From an uncultured Clostridia bacterium (GTDB taxonomy: Bacteria; Bacillota; Clostridia; Christensenellales; UBA3700): DNA of 64,000 nt. The notes beneath the pieces are model-generated. The model had not been told where the DNA came from and did not search any database. It was given only the letters and a program-made list of their open reading frames with translations. Of the stretch, positions 62,871 to 64,000 are shown piece by piece (the stretch's first letter is position 1; each line of letters starts with the position of its first letter). The position numbers and the translations under genes are program-made. The stretch covers positions 38,090 to 102,089 of the forward strand of contig CALWHM010000001.1 in NCBI GenBank assembly GCA_944380395.1, written 5' to 3'.

Positions 62871-62957
62871 ACTCCCTCCTTATAATTGTATCATACCCCG
62901 CCCCTCGATATACGTGGGGACGGGATATTACAATTTTCGTTGTTTTGTTCTGTTTTA

Positions 62958-64000
62958 TTACTTGATGGTGTTGTTCGCCTTCAGGTATGCCATAAACTTC
63001 TTGTTCATAGCCTCGTTCTTCACATAGGAAACGTAATGCTCGTTGAAGTCCTTCTTTATCTCCTCAACGCTCTTATTCTGCTTTGCGGCAAGATCTGCGT
63101 ACACCGCCTCTTCGTCCTCTGCGGTGACTTCAATGCCCGCTTCCTTTATTATCTGCTCGAAAACAAGCCTTGTCTTGACCGTCCTTGCGGCGGGTTCGGC
63201 ATAGGATTCCTTGAGCTTTTCGGGCGTCTGACCGGTGTACTTATAGTAATCGTCTATGTTCATACCCTGATACATAAGCCTGTAAGCAAATTCGTTGATC
63301 ATCTCCTCCGCTTCGTCGTCTATCATACACTTGGGCACGTTAACGGTGGCGTTTTCCACGATGGTGTCTATCATCTTGCGCTCCAAAGCGGCGTCTGCGG
63401 CGTCTTCTTTGCGCGCCTTGATCTTCTTCTTCACGTCCGCTTCGTACTCCTTGAAAGTATCGAAATCGGAGACGTCTTTTGCAAATTCGTCATCGAGTTC
63501 GGGCAGTTTTTTAACCGTGATGTCCTTTGCCGTTACCACAAACACGGCTTCCTTGCCCGCAAGATTTTCCGCATGATATTCTTTGGGGAAGGTGACGTTC
63601 ACGTTCTTGCTTTCGCCCGCTTTCATACCGACTACGCCCTCTTCAAAGCCGGGGATAAACGTGCCGGAACCCAGTTCAAGTTCGTAATCCGTGGCGGCTC
63701 CGCCGTCGAAATTGACGCCGTCCACGCTGCCGACATAGTCTATCTTGACTCTGTCGCCCATCTGAGCGGGACGATCGGTCACCTGCTCCCACCAGCCTGC
63801 GTTGTCGCGCGCCTTGTTTATCTCCTCGGAAACTTCTTCCTTGGTGACCTTCACTTTGTCTTTGGTAAATTCAAGACCGGTATATGCGCCCAGCTTGACG
63901 GTGGGCTTGAGCTGCACTTCCGCGGTGTATTGCAAAGTGCTGTCCGTTATAGCCGTTATACTAACCTCGGGTCTGTCAACGGGGAAAAGATCGGGCTCCT
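62958..64000 (-). CDS. tig: Trigger factor; the N-terminal part lies beyond the window end
   Basis: FKBP-type PPIase region (VKIDYVGSVDGVNFDGG...IPGFEEG) and a C-terminal arm domain. The frame stays open upstream of the TTG at 63935 through to position 64000. Confidence 0.93.
   Translation of the reverse strand, partial: EPDLFPVDRPEVSITAITDSTLQYTAEVQLKPTVKLGAYTGLEFTKDKVKVTKEEVSEEINKARDNAGWWEQVTDRPAQMGDRVKIDYVGSVDGVNFDGGAATDYELELGSGTFIPGFEEGVVGMKAGESKNVNVTFPKEYHAENLAGKEAVFVVTAKDITVKKLPELDDEFAKDVSDFDTFKEYEADVKKKIKARKEDAADAALERKMIDTIVENATVNVPKCMIDDEAEEMINEFAYRLMYQGMNIDDYYKYTGQTPEKLKESYAEPAARTVKTRLVFEQIIKEAGIEVTAEDEEAVYADLAAKQNKSVEEIKKDFNEHYVSYVKNEAMNKKFMAYLKANNTIK

Noticed and set aside
62871-62957. 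A search for a CtsR operator (GGTCAAA direct repeat) upstream of clpP, and for a heat-shock CIRCE element.
   Set aside because: Neither motif is present in the tig-clpP spacer. It holds only an imperfect GC hairpin (the likely tig terminator) and a weak -10-like element.

Overview
This 64-kb segment comes from the chromosome of an endospore-forming Firmicute with Clostridia-like gene order. I could support about 60 protein genes plus RNase P RNA, and every one is on the minus strand. They are tightly packed, often with overlapping stop and start codons. From high to low coordinates, which is the direction of transcription, the order is as follows. First come tig (partial), clpP, clpX and engB, then a Cys-rich orphan gene and a metallophosphoesterase. 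A 1.5-kb gene-free gap follows. Next is the dcw cluster: mraZ, rsmH, a protein in the ftsL slot, a spoVD-like PBP, murE, mraY, murD, ftsW/spoVE, murA, ftsQ, ftsA and ftsZ. After that come spoIIGA, sigE, sigG, ylmC, nrdR, sigK and rnpB. A 2457-aa gene resembling cyclic beta-1,2-glucan synthase follows, then rarA, an ABC ATPase/permease pair, ruvX and a DUF1292 gene. The translation and isoprenoid block is rpsB, tsf, pyrH, frr, uppS, cdsA, dxr, rseP and ispG. A 513-aa PolC-like N-terminal/OB/exonuclease protein sits where polC normally lies. It is followed by rimP, nusA, ylxR, ylxQ, infB, rbfA, nrnA, truB and ribF, then a TIM-barrel protein, an M24 peptidase, efp and a small membrane ORF. The window ends with spoIIIAA through spoIIIAH, an Asp23-family gene, nusB and folD (partial). 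I found no mobile element, CRISPR array, prophage, toxin-antitoxin pair or recognisable defence system, so most of the window is core genome. Three things look unusual. (1) The gap upstream of mraZ holds a phased array, with a step of about 28 bp, of short GC-only palindromes set in AT-rich DNA. (2) A stand-alone PolC-like proofreading protein lacks any polymerase domain. (3) The giant three-module glucan synthase-like gene. Smaller oddities are a Tyr/Gly/Asn-rich protein in the ftsL slot, minimal SpoIIIAG and SpoIIIAF, two consensus promoters placed to give leaderless mRNAs, and structured leaders ahead of rpsB and rimP. All calls come from reading the supplied translations and the DNA by eye. 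No database search was run.
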